NCBI GenBank assembly: GCA_035538515.1
Contig: DATLKF010000032.1
Location: 36,073-100,072, forward strand
DNA length: 64,000 bases
Direction of reading: 5' to 3'
From: Gemmatimonadales bacterium
GTDB taxonomy: Bacteria > Gemmatimonadota > Gemmatimonadetes > Gemmatimonadales > GWC2-71-9
Shown: positions 46,316 to 57,212 of the stretch, in pieces
Position numbering within the stretch: position 1 is the stretch's first letter
Layout: each line of letters starts with the position of its first letter
Position numbers and translations under genes: made by a program
Notes under the pieces: generated by a model
The model's input: only the letters and a program-made list of their open reading frames with translations
What the model was told of the DNA's origin: nothing
The model's database searches: none

Positions 46316-47434
46316 ATGCCACAACCGACCGCCGTCAAGTGTCTGGTGGTAGACGACGAGCCCCGGCTTCGCCGGGTGCTCGTGCGGCTGCTCGAGGGTG
46401 AGGGATTCACCTGCTCGGAGGCAGGGTCCGGCACCGAGGCGCTCGAGATACTGCAGCACGACCCCGTGCCGCTCGTCATCTCCGATCTGCGAATGCCGCA
46501 GATGGATGGCGTCACCTTGCTGCGTGAGATCCTGGCGCGCTGGCCGGACACCGCGGTGATCGTCGTGACCGCCGTGGCGGAGGTGGAGAGCGCGGTCGCG
46601 TGCCTGCAGCAGGGTGCGCTCGACTACGTCGCCAAGCCCTTCCATCTGGATGAAGTGCGCGCCCGCGTGATGCAGGCGCTCGACAAGCGCCGCCTCAAGT
46701 TGGAAGTCGAGGACTACAAGCACAATCTGGAGCTGCGCGTCCAGCAGCAGGCGCGGCGCATCGAAGAGCTGTCGCTCGAGCGGCTCCAGGCGCTGGTGTT
46801 CTTCCTGGAGGAGAAGGATCCCTACACCCGCGGCCACTCGGTGCGGGTCGCCGACTACTCGGCGCGCATCGGCCGCATGATGGGTCTGCCGCAGACGACG
46901 ATGGACTTGATCGCCCTTGGCGCCGAGCTCCATGACATCGGGAAGATCGGCGTGAGCGAAGCCGTGCTCCATAAGGAGGGCAAGCTCAGCGACGGCGAGT
47001 ACCGGCACATCATGGAGCACCCCGTGATCGGCGCGCGCATCCTGGCGCCGCTGATGCGCGACGTGCCCGCGGCCCTCGCTATCGTGCGGTCCCACCACGA
47101 GCGCCTCGACGGCAAGGGGTTCCCCGACGGTCTCAGGGGAGACGCGATCCCGCTCGAGGTGCGGGTCGTCACCGTCGCCGACTCGTTCGATGCCATGACC
47201 AGTGTCCGCCCTTACCGGCCGGCGCTGTCGGTGCCCAAGGCGCTGCAGGAGCTCGAAGAGGGCAAGGGGAGCCAGTTCCACGCCCCGGCCGTCGACGCCT
47301 TCATGGCCGCTTTTCCCGATCGCACGGCGCTCCCCGTCTCCACACCGGAAATCAAACCGCTGCGTCTACCCGTCCCTGTTGCCGAGGCGCTCCAGAGCGG
47401 CGGCCGCGGGGGCCGCACCTCCACACCGAATTAA
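46316..47434 (+). CDS. Response regulator with HD-GYP domain (putative c-di-GMP phosphodiesterase)
   Basis: The receiver domain reads KCLVVDDEP...LVISDLRMPQMDG. The HD-GYP domain reads GHSVRVADY, LHDIGKIG and HHERLDGKGFPDGL. Confidence 0.85.
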   Translation: MPQPTAVKCLVVDDEPRLRRVLVRLLEGEGFTCSEAGSGTEALEILQHDPVPLVISDLRMPQMDGVTLLREILARWPDTAVIVVTAVAEVESAVACLQQGALDYVAKPFHLDEVRARVMQALDKRRLKLEVEDYKHNLELRVQQQARRIEELSLERLQALVFFLEEKDPYTRGHSVRVADYSARIGRMMGLPQTTMDLIALGAELHDIGKIGVSEAVLHKEGKLSDGEYRHIMEHPVIGARILAPLMRDVPAALAIVRSHHERLDGKGFPDGLRGDAIPLEVRVVTVADSFDAMTSVRPYRPALSVPKALQELEEGKGSQFHAPAVDAFMAAFPDRTALPVSTPEIKPLRLPVPVAEALQSGGRGGRTSTPN

Positions 47435-47444
47435 ATTGGTGCGC

Positions 47445-48865
47445 ATGACCGGCACCTTAATGGTCGGTGTCTCGGGGATCCGCGGCATCGTAGGCAAGGA
47501 CCTGACCGATGAAATCGTCGCCCGCTACGCCCGGGCGTTCGGCCGGTGGGCCAAGGGAAGGGCGGGGGGGGCGCGCAATCCGCTCGTGGTGGTCGGCCGC
47601 GACGCGCGGGAATCCGGAGCGGCGTTCGAGCGGGCCGTGACCGACGCGTTGCGGTCCGTGCGGTGCGACGTCGTGCAGCTAGGCGTCGTCCCCACCCCCA
47701 CCGTGCAGCTAGCGGTCGAGCATCACCACGCAGGCGGCGGGATCGCCATCACGGCCAGCCACAACCCCATCGAGTGGAACGCCCTGAAATTCATCGGGCC
47801 GGACGGAATTTTCCTCGACGGCAAGGACGGAAGGCGGGTGCTGGAGCTGGTGGGAGAGGACGGGGGAGGACGGGGAAGGACGGGGGAGGCTAGGACCGAT
47901 GACCAGGCGATCGCGCGGCACCTCGCGGCCGTGCTGGAGCTTCCGGCGGTGGACGTCGCGGGGGTCCGGGCCCGCAAGCTCACCGTGGCGCTCGACACGG
48001 TGCGGGGAGCGGGAGGCCCGGTGATGCGGGAGCTCCTGGAGCGGCTTGGCTGCCGCGTGGAGGGCATCAACCTCGAGACCGATGGCCAGTTTCCCCGGCC
48101 CCCGGAGCCGGTGCCCGAGAACCTGGGTGACCTGGCCGCCCTCGTGCAGCGGACCGGTGCGGTGTTCGGCATCGCGGTCGATCCGGACGTGGATCGCCTG
48201 GCGATCGTGGACGACCGGGGGATGCCGATTGGGGAGGACTACACGCTTGCCTTCGCCGTTCGAGCGGTCTTCGGTGTCGGAGCGTCGGACAGTCGGACGG
48301 TCGGACTGCAAAGCGGTGGACTGTCCGACCGTCCGACCGACCGAAGAACCGTCGTCTGCAACCTCTCGACCAGCCTCGTCGTCGAAGACGCCGCCCGTGA
48401 GTTCGGCGCCGAGGTCGTCCGGACGCCCGTCGGCGAAGTGCACGTCGCCCGCAAGATCCTCGCACTCGGGGCGCCGATCGGGGGGGAGGGGAACGGGGGC
48501 GTCATGTATCCCGCGCTGCACGTCGGTCGGGATGCCCCGGTCGCGGCGGCGTTGCTGCTGACGCTGCTCGCCCGGTCGGGAACGCGAGTGAGCGAGCTCG
48601 TAGCCGCGGCCCCGCGCTATGTGATCGTCAAAGCAAAGTTGGAACGGGGAACGCGGAACGCGGAACGGGGAATGGAAGAGATCTATGCCGCTTTGCGTCG
48701 GCGGTTCCCCGAGGCGAGCGTCGACACGCAGGACGGGTTGCGGCTCGCCTGGTCGGACCGCTGGCTGCACGTGCGGCCGTCCAACACCGAGCCGATCATC
48801 CGGCTGATCGCCGAGGCGCCGATCCGCGCCGATGCGGAACGACTGATCGAGGAGGGGCGCCGCCC

Positions 48866-48881
<16 letters not shown>
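47445..48881 (+). CDS. Alpha-D-phosphohexomutase (phosphoglucosamine mutase / phosphomannomutase family)
   Basis: It has the phosphoserine loop GIAITASHNP, the Mg site FGIAVDPDVDR and the sugar-binding motif GGEGNGG. Its 3' end overlaps the glmS start, which suggests a GlmM-type role. It contains three repeat tracts. Confidence 0.85.
47853..47889. repeat. Tandem decamer tract AGGACGGGG[G/A] x3.3 inside the mutase gene
   Basis: ggagaggacgggggaggacggggaaggacgggggagg is read as GEDGGGRGRTGEA. It fits a G>=3 N1-7 x4 quadruplex pattern on the sense strand. Confidence 0.8.
48271..48344. repeat. Family B palindromic element inside the mutase gene
   Basis: A perfect 15-bp stem pairs gtcggacggtcggac (48292-48306) with gtccgaccgtccgac (48323-48337), and the loop is 16 nt. 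The flanking units are gcgtcggac agtcggac / ...cgaccga. It is read as ASDSRTVGLQSGGLSDRPTDRRT. Confidence 0.85.
48638..48675. repeat. Family A heptad tract (single arm) inside the mutase gene
   Basis: gttggaa cggggaa cgcggaa cgcggaa cggggaa tgg is read as LERGTRNAERGM. Confidence 0.8.
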
Positions 48882-50707
<1,826 letters not shown>

Positions 50708-50827
50708 GAACGCGGAAGTCGGAACGCGGAATGCGGAACGGCCGGTCGGCCGTCGATCGGCAACGAAAGCCCACGGGCCAGAAACGCGAAGGCTCTGTTC
50801 CGCGTTCCGACTTGCGCGTTCCGCGTT
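50708..50827. repeat. Palindromic heptad-array element, family A copy 3
   Basis: The left arm is cgcggaa gtcggaa cgcggaa tgcggaa cgg (50711-50741). The spacer is 53 nt. The right arm is tg ttccgcg ttccgac ttgcgcg ttccgcg tt (50796-50827). It abuts the glmS TGA and is followed by an SD gggagggg and the dtd GTG. Confidence 0.85.
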
Positions 50828-50845
50828 AGGGAGGGGCGGGGCGGC

Positions 50846-51295
50846 GTGAGGGTGGTTCTGCAGCGCGTGTCCCGTGCGGCGGTGCGGGTGAACGGACGAG
50901 TGACGGGATCGATTGGGGTCGGGTTGCTCGTCCTCGCCGGCTTCGCCGCGTCCGACACCGAGGAGACGCTCACCTGGATGGCCGACAAGATCATCGGTGT
51001 GCGGCTGTTCGCGGACGCCGAGGGCAAGATGAACCTGGCGCTCGCCGATGTGCGTGGAGGGCTGCTGGTCGTCTCTCAGTTCACATTGTATGGCGACGTC
51101 AAGAAAGGACGGCGCCCGAGCTTCATCGACGCCGCGGTGCCCGAGGTGGCCATCCCGCTCTATGATCGCTTCGTCGCACTGCTCCGGGAGCGGGGCGCCG
51201 GGAGCGGGACCGCGGTGGCGACGGGGGAGTTTGGCGCCATGATGGAAGTGGAGCTGGTGAACGACGGACCCGTCACCTTGATCTTGGAGCGGTGA
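50846..51295 (+). CDS. dtd: D-aminoacyl-tRNA deacylase
   Basis: It carries MRVVLQRV, SQFTLYGDVKKGRRPSF and the NDGPVT motif. The protein is 149 aa. Confidence 0.9.
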   Translation: MRVVLQRVSRAAVRVNGRVTGSIGVGLLVLAGFAASDTEETLTWMADKIIGVRLFADAEGKMNLALADVRGGLLVVSQFTLYGDVKKGRRPSFIDAAVPEVAIPLYDRFVALLRERGAGSGTAVATGEFGAMMEVELVNDGPVTLILER

Positions 51296-51864
51296 TCGTC
51301 CTCGCGAGCGGCAGCCCGCGGCGGCGGCAGCTGCTCGAGATGCTGGGCATTCCGTTCCGCGTGGTCGCCCCCCATGTCGAGGAGACCCTGGGAACGGCCG
51401 AGCAGCCCGAGGCGTATGTGACCCGCCTGGCCCGCGAAAAGGCCCGCAGCGTCGCGGCGCGCGAACCGGGCGCCGTGGTCCTGGCGGCCGACACGACCGT
51501 GGTGCTGCGGGGTCACGTGTTCGAGAAGCCCGCGACGCCCGACGAGGCGGTCCAGATGCTCGAGCGGCTGCAGGGACGCAAGCATCAGGTCCTGACCGCC
51601 GTGGCGGTGGCTCGCGATACCCGGCTGGAGCACGCGCTCGACGTGACGGATGTGATGTTCCGGCAGCTCTCGCGCCAGGTGATCGCCGACTACGTGGCCA
51701 CGGCAGAGCCGCTCGACAAGGCGGGCGCCTACGCGATCCAGGGGAAGGGCGCCGCCCTCGTCGAGGGCATCCATGGCGACTTCTTCGGCGTGATGGGGCT
51801 GCCGCTGCGGCTCGCGCTGGACCTGCTGGCGCGCTTCGACGTGCCTTACCGCTTCACCCGGTAG
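51292..51864 (+). CDS. maf: Maf-family nucleoside triphosphate pyrophosphatase
   Basis: It carries IVLASGSPRRRQLL and ...KAGAYAIQG... The protein is 190 aa. Confidence 0.88.
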   Translation: MIVLASGSPRRRQLLEMLGIPFRVVAPHVEETLGTAEQPEAYVTRLAREKARSVAAREPGAVVLAADTTVVLRGHVFEKPATPDEAVQMLERLQGRKHQVLTAVAVARDTRLEHALDVTDVMFRQLSRQVIADYVATAEPLDKAGAYAIQGKGAALVEGIHGDFFGVMGLPLRLALDLLARFDVPYRFTR

Positions 51865-53471
51865 ACCGGAATCCTCTTCGCCTTTCCCTTCACCTGGATC
51901 GACTCCAGGGCCTCGACGTTGGCGGGCTTCTTGAGCTGCTGGTAGAACGGCTCCGAGATGAGGATCTCGTTCGGACCGGCGGTGTCGCACAGGCGCTTCG
52001 CGGTATTCACTGCGTCGCCGATGACCGTGTACTCGAGGCGCCGGTCGGAGCCGATGTTCCCCGCAAAGACCTCGCCGAAGTTGATGCCGATCCCGATGCG
52101 CAGCTCGGGCTGGCCCTGCTCCTTCCACTTGGCGTTGAGCTTCTCGAGCGCCGTGAGCTGGCCGAGCGCGCACTCGAGCGCGCGGTCGGCATCGTCCTCA
52201 TGCGCGATGGGCGCGCCCCACAGCGCCATGATCGCGTCACCCATGAACTTGTCGAGCGTGCCACCGTTCTCGAACACCATGTCCACCATCTCGGTGAAAT
52301 ACGCGGTGAGAAGCGTGGCGATCTCGTCGGGCCCCATCGACTCGGACATGGGGGTGAAGCCGCGGATGTCGGAGAAGAAGATCACGACCGGCCGCTTCCG
52401 GCCGCCCAGCTGCACCGCGCCTTCCTGCTGCGCGATCTGCGCCGCTAGGTTGGGCGCGAAGTAGCGTTGGAAGTTGGAGAGCACGAGCGCCTCGCGCTGC
52501 AGCCGTTCGGAGCGCTGCGAGTTCTCGATCGCCACCGCGGCGAGGGAGCCGAACGCGATCAGGAACTTGAGGTCGTCGTCCGAGAACGAATGCGTCGCGG
52601 TGAGATTATCGACGTACAGGATCCCCAGCACTTTCTGGTCCGTCCCCATGAGCGGCGTGCACATCGCGCTGCGGACGCTCTGGATCAGGATCGACTTCCC
52701 CTTGAACCGCTCGTCCGCCGCGGTGTTGTCGGACAGGATCGCCACGCGGTCGTCCACCACCTTGCGCGCGATCGATTGCGGCACGTGCTTCGAGGCGGAC
52801 GACTGGGCGGTCCGTCCCCGCGAGATGCGGGGCACCAGCTCGCCCGACGGCTCCTCCAGCAGCAGGATCGACACGCGATCCACGTTCATCACCTGGAACG
52901 TGAACTCGACCACCTTGTCGAGCAGGCGGTCCAGCTCTTGCTGCTTGGATAGCTCCTTGGAGATCTCGAGCAGCAGCTCCAGCTTCTTCTCGCGCAGCTC
53001 CTCGAGTGACTTAGCGGTCACCTTGAGATGGGAGGCGCCCGACGGCGAGGCCGTCACGATCGCCGGGACGCCCCCCGACACGCTCACGGGGAGCTGTCGC
53101 ACGATGGTGCCGCCCGCCGGCTTGGCTCCGGCGAACTCGGCCGAGGGCCGCGGCACGACCTGGGGGCGCGCCGATGGGGTGGTCACTTCCTTCACGCGGA
53201 AGGCGACTTTGCCGAAGGTGATCACGTCGTTCTCGACGGCGATCGCATCGGTGATGCGGGCGCCGTTCAGGAACGTGCCGTTGGAGGAGCCGGCATCCTT
53301 GACCTTCACGCCGCCGTCGGTGAGGGAGACCTCGGCATGCCGGCGGGAGATGGTCGGATCGTAGATGGGAACGTCGCTCGTGACCGCGCGCCCGACGATG
53401 ATGATCCGGCCGGGCTGCAGGTCGATCGACTGCTCACCCGTGGTGCTCAGCAGCTTGAACACGACGGCCAA
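51846..53471 (-). CDS. FHA-GAF-class III adenylate/guanylate cyclase
   Basis: The FHA domain reads GRAVTSDVPIYDPTISRRHAEV...GSSNGTFLNG. The GAF domain reads MNVDRVSILLLE...VLGILYVDN. The cyclase domain reads VVIFFSDIRGFTPMSE...DKFMGDAIMALWGAP...TVIGDAVNTAKRL. Confidence 0.85.
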   Translation of the reverse strand: MAVVFKLLSTTGEQSIDLQPGRIIIVGRAVTSDVPIYDPTISRRHAEVSLTDGGVKVKDAGSSNGTFLNGARITDAIAVENDVITFGKVAFRVKEVTTPSARPQVVPRPSAEFAGAKPAGGTIVRQLPVSVSGGVPAIVTASPSGASHLKVTAKSLEELREKKLELLLEISKELSKQQELDRLLDKVVEFTFQVMNVDRVSILLLEEPSGELVPRISRGRTAQSSASKHVPQSIARKVVDDRVAILSDNTAADERFKGKSILIQSVRSAMCTPLMGTDQKVLGILYVDNLTATHSFSDDDLKFLIAFGSLAAVAIENSQRSERLQREALVLSNFQRYFAPNLAAQIAQQEGAVQLGGRKRPVVIFFSDIRGFTPMSESMGPDEIATLLTAYFTEMVDMVFENGGTLDKFMGDAIMALWGAPIAHEDDADRALECALGQLTALEKLNAKWKEQGQPELRIGIGINFGEVFAGNIGSDRRLEYTVIGDAVNTAKRLCDTAGPNEILISEPFYQQLKKPANVEALESIQVKGKAKRIPVYRVKR

Positions 53472-53475
53472 TATA

Positions 53476-54969
53476 TCACCCTCCGCCCTTCGCGAGTGCC
53501 AGCGCCTTGAGCACGGCCTGCGCCTTGTCTTCGGTCTCGCGAAACTCGCGCGCGGGATCGGAATCGGCCACGATGCCGGCGCCCGCCTGGACCACGACCC
53601 GATCGGGGCGCACCACGGCGCTGCGGATCGTGATGGCGGTGTCCAGGTTGGTCGCGCCCCACCCGACGTAGCCCACCGCGCCCGCGTACGGCCCCCGCCG
53701 CTCCGGCTCGAGCTCGTCGATGATCTCCATGGCGCGCACCTTGGGCGCCCCGGTCACGGTGCCCGCCGGGAAGCACGCCTTGAACACATCGAGCGCGTCG
53801 TAGCCCTCCCGCAGCTGCCCGCGCACTTCACTCACCAGGTGCTGGACGTGGGAGTAGCGCTCGATCGCGAGCAGCTCGGTGACGCGGACGGTACCGAATC
53901 GCGCCACGCGTCCCACGTCGTTGCGGCCCAGATCCACCAGCATCAAGTGCTCCGCGCGCTCCTTTTCGTCGGCGGCGAGCTGCCGGGCCAGCGCCTCGTC
54001 CTCCTCAGGCGTGCGGCCGCGCGGCCGTGTCCCGGCGATCGGCCGCACCGTCACGTCGCTGCCCTCCACCCGCACCAGCACCTCGGGCGAGCTGCCGAGC
54101 AGCGTGAAGTCGTCGAGCGCCAGGTAGAACAGGTACGGCGCCGGGTTGAGCGCCCGCAGGTAGCGGTACAGCAGCAACGGATCGACCGCGCCGCGGATCT
54201 CCTGGCGGCGCGACAGGACGGTCTGAAAGGTGTCGCCCGCGCCGATGTACTCGAGCACGCGGCCGACGTCGCGCTCGAACGCGCCGCGCGGGTAGCGCGA
54301 CTCGGTGGCCACGGGCGGCAGGCTGTTCCGCAGCGCGAGCGGCGCGAGCTCGTGCCGACCGCCGAGCCGTGCCACCAGCTCTTCGAGCCGGGCCTCCGCG
54401 CTCGCGTACAGCCGCAGCCGCTCCGCCGGCGGGGCGCCCGGCGGCACCTCCACGTTCGCCACGATGATCGCCCGCCCGAACAAATTGTCGATGATGACGA
54501 GCGAGTCGGCGACCATCATCACGGCGTCGGACGCATCGAGCGTGTCGGCGGGAGCTCGCGGCAGTCGCTCCACGGTACGCACCAGGTCGTACCCGAGGTA
54601 GCCTACCGCCCCGCCCGTGAAGCGCGGCAGGCCCGGCACCGGGGCGCCGGGGAGCGCGCGCAGCCGCTGCGCCAGGTGGCCGATCGGGTCGTGGGTCTCC
54701 CCCGCCGCTTGCCAGCCGGTGGGCCTGGTCCAGCGCTCCACCCGTTGCCCACGGTACCGCCACACCTCACGCGGCTCGGTGCCGAGAAAGGTGTAGCGGG
54801 CCCAGCGCTCGCCGCCCACCAGCGATTCGAGCAGGAACGCGAACGGCGGCCGGGCCACCTTCGCGAACGCCGCGAGCGGGGTGTCGCCATCGAGCACCAC
54901 CTGACGCAGCACCGGCACCATGCCCCCGCGCTCGGCGCGCGCGAGGAACGCGGCACGGGGATCAGTCAT
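53476..54969 (-). CDS. trpE: Anthranilate synthase component I
   Basis: It carries FLLESLVGGERWARYTF, ...LMLVDLGRNDVGRV... and FPAGTVTGAPKVRAMEII. The protein is 497 aa. Confidence 0.92.
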   Translation of the reverse strand: MTDPRAAFLARAERGGMVPVLRQVVLDGDTPLAAFAKVARPPFAFLLESLVGGERWARYTFLGTEPREVWRYRGQRVERWTRPTGWQAAGETHDPIGHLAQRLRALPGAPVPGLPRFTGGAVGYLGYDLVRTVERLPRAPADTLDASDAVMMVADSLVIIDNLFGRAIIVANVEVPPGAPPAERLRLYASAEARLEELVARLGGRHELAPLALRNSLPPVATESRYPRGAFERDVGRVLEYIGAGDTFQTVLSRRQEIRGAVDPLLLYRYLRALNPAPYLFYLALDDFTLLGSSPEVLVRVEGSDVTVRPIAGTRPRGRTPEEDEALARQLAADEKERAEHLMLVDLGRNDVGRVARFGTVRVTELLAIERYSHVQHLVSEVRGQLREGYDALDVFKACFPAGTVTGAPKVRAMEIIDELEPERRGPYAGAVGYVGWGATNLDTAITIRSAVVRPDRVVVQAGAGIVADSDPAREFRETEDKAQAVLKALALAKGGG

Positions 54970-55040
54970 ACGACGGCGTGCGGGGTACTGGGTGCGTGGC
55001 CCGTTGCTCGCGTCTCAGCCCGCCCCGACATTTCGCGCCC

Positions 55041-57086
55041 ATGCGCGTCGCGCTTACCGCTTGCGCCGTCGGGATCCTCGTGTGTCCCGAGTCCGCGCGG
55101 GCGCAGGCGTGGAACTCGGAGGGCGCGCTGAGCCTGGCGCGCCGGGCGATCCTGCGGCGCAGCGGCGCCGTGGCCGACAGCTCGCTGCACGATTACAAGG
55201 CCCAGGCCCATGGGTTCCTCTTCTTTCTGGGCGCCTTCGGTCAGGGGCTTGCCGACCCTCCTCGCCTCGTCAAGGCCGATCAGCTGGAGCTGGAAGTGTA
55301 CTGGAAGGCGCCCGCCAGCAGCAAGCAGCGGGTCGTCGGCTGGCGCGACCAGGCGCTGTTGCCCACCGACATCAACTATCATCGCGACCACCTCGGCATC
55401 ATCCAAAACAACTTCGGGGCCGCCATCCGACTGGGCGAGGGCGACGAAGTGCGCGACGTGCCCCACCCCCTCGCGCCCGCCGGTCCGGCGCTGTACGACT
55501 TCGCCCTGGGAGATACGACGACGATCGTGTTCCCCGGGCGCGAAGTGCGGGTCGTGGCGCTGCGCGTCCGACCGAAGGATTTCGGCCTCCCTCGCATCGT
55601 CGGCACCTTGTACGTGGACGCCGAGAGCGCCGACCTCGTGCGCATGGCCTTCAATTTCACGCCGCGGTCCTACCTCGATCCCGAGCTCGAGGACGTAAGC
55701 ATCGTGCTCGACAATGCGCTCGAGGAGCAGCGCTACTGGCTCCCGTACCGCCAGGAGATCGAGATCCGGCGCCGTGCCACCTGGCTGGATGTGCCGGCGC
55801 GCGGGATCATCCGCGCACGCTGGGAGATCGACGGCTACGCGTTGAACCTGGGGCTCGCGAACAGCTGGTTCGCGGGAGAAGAAATCACGTTCCTTCCGAA
55901 GGCGGAGCGCGATTCGTTTCCGTGGAAGGAGCCGCTGGCGGCCGCCCTGCAGGACGTGGCCGAGCCCGTGCGGCAGAACGACCTGGCGCGAGTGCGGGCG
56001 CAGGTGGAGGAGATCGCCGGCCGGCGCGCTCTCACGGGACTCAAGGCCCGGCGCCTCGGCGTCCGCGGCGTCTCAGACCTGCTGCACGCCAACCGTGTCG
56101 AGGGGCTGACGCCGGGCGCGGGGATCGTGCTGCGCGGCGGGGGCGAGCGCCGCGAGCTGCGGGCACGAGGGAGCTACGGCTTCGGCGACCGGCGCCCCAA
56201 GGGCGCGCTCAGCGCAGTCGACCGCCAGGGACGGGGTGCGCTCGAGGCCGGCGTGTATCGCGAGGTGCGCGACGTCGGGGACGCGCCGGTCATCGCCCCG
56301 CTCCTGAACTCGTTTTCGTCCCAGGAATTCGGGCTCGACTACGGGGACTATTACTTGGCGGACGGTGGGCGCCTGACCTACCGCCACGGGGTGGGCGCGC
56401 GCAGCGAATGGCGCGTGACGGTGGGCCGCGAGTCCATCGGGTCGCTTCCGATCGTCGCCGTCCCGGCGAACGGCCGCTTCCGGCCCAATCCCCCTCTCGG
56501 CGGCACCGGCGTAGACCTCGTGCAGCTGGGGCTCGAGCGCAAGAGCGAGGGCTTCGCCGTGCTGCGCGACCTGCACTACGAGCTGTTGCTCGAGGGAGGG
56601 CGTCGGGACGGGGGCGTGGACTTCCTGAGGCTCTCGACCGTCGGACACGTGTTGGTTCCAGTCGGCGCGACGCGAGTGCTGGTCCGCGCTCAGGGCGGCG
56701 TGGCGAGCGCGAACTTGCCGGCGCACCGCGCGTTCGTGCTCGGCGGGCGCGGCACGCTCCTGGGCGATGAGTTTCGCCGCTGGGGCGGCGCCCGCATGGC
56801 GCTGGTCCACGTCGAATGGCGCGTGCCGGTCCCGTTCGTCTCGCTCGGGATCGGTCCGTACGCGCGCACGCCGCGCACCCTCACGGTCGCGCCCTATGCG
56901 GCGCTCGGCGGGACCGGCCGACCGCTCGCTGATACACCCTGGGCCGCCACACCAGGTGTCCGGGTCACGGTTGGGCTCGGGTTCGAGTGGCTGGGTGTGT
57001 TCCGATGGGACGTGGGGTTCGGCACGACCACGCATCGCGTGGCGGTGGCGTTCGACGTGGCGCGCGATTTTTGGTCGATACTGTAA
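55041..57086 (+). CDS. Large outer-membrane protein, hypothetical (possibly surface-antigen/Omp85-like barrel)
   Basis: The signal peptide is MRVALTACAVGILVCPESARAQA. The beta-rich C-terminal third reads ...VTVGLGFEWLGVFRWDVGF... The family was not recognised with confidence. Confidence 0.5.
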   Translation: MRVALTACAVGILVCPESARAQAWNSEGALSLARRAILRRSGAVADSSLHDYKAQAHGFLFFLGAFGQGLADPPRLVKADQLELEVYWKAPASSKQRVVGWRDQALLPTDINYHRDHLGIIQNNFGAAIRLGEGDEVRDVPHPLAPAGPALYDFALGDTTTIVFPGREVRVVALRVRPKDFGLPRIVGTLYVDAESADLVRMAFNFTPRSYLDPELEDVSIVLDNALEEQRYWLPYRQEIEIRRRATWLDVPARGIIRARWEIDGYALNLGLANSWFAGEEITFLPKAERDSFPWKEPLAAALQDVAEPVRQNDLARVRAQVEEIAGRRALTGLKARRLGVRGVSDLLHANRVEGLTPGAGIVLRGGGERRELRARGSYGFGDRRPKGALSAVDRQGRGALEAGVYREVRDVGDAPVIAPLLNSFSSQEFGLDYGDYYLADGGRLTYRHGVGARSEWRVTVGRESIGSLPIVAVPANGRFRPNPPLGGTGVDLVQLGLERKSEGFAVLRDLHYELLLEGGRRDGGVDFLRLSTVGHVLVPVGATRVLVRAQGGVASANLPAHRAFVLGGRGTLLGDEFRRWGGARMALVHVEWRVPVPFVSLGIGPYARTPRTLTVAPYAALGGTGRPLADTPWAATPGVRVTVGLGFEWLGVFRWDVGFGTTTHRVAVAFDVARDFWSIL

Positions 57087-57090
57087 GGCA

Positions 57091-57201
57091 GGTTGGGGAG
57101 GCGAGATACGAGATGCGAGATGCGGGATGGGTGGTAAGGGGCCGCAATCACGCTCTCCTATCCCGGCTCCAACCTCCCCTAACCTCCCCAACCTCCCTAC
57201 C
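57091..57201. repeat. Composite palindromic repeat element, family F
   Basis: The outer perfect 11-bp stem pairs ggttggggagg (57091-57101) with cctccccaacc (57183-57193). Inside are four heptads cgagata cgagatg cgagatg cgggatg (57102-57129) and the C-rich decamers aacctcccct aacctcccc aacctccct (57171-57198). It fills the spacer before the gspE-REC gene. Confidence 0.8.
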
Positions 57202-57212
57202 TTTAGGAGACG

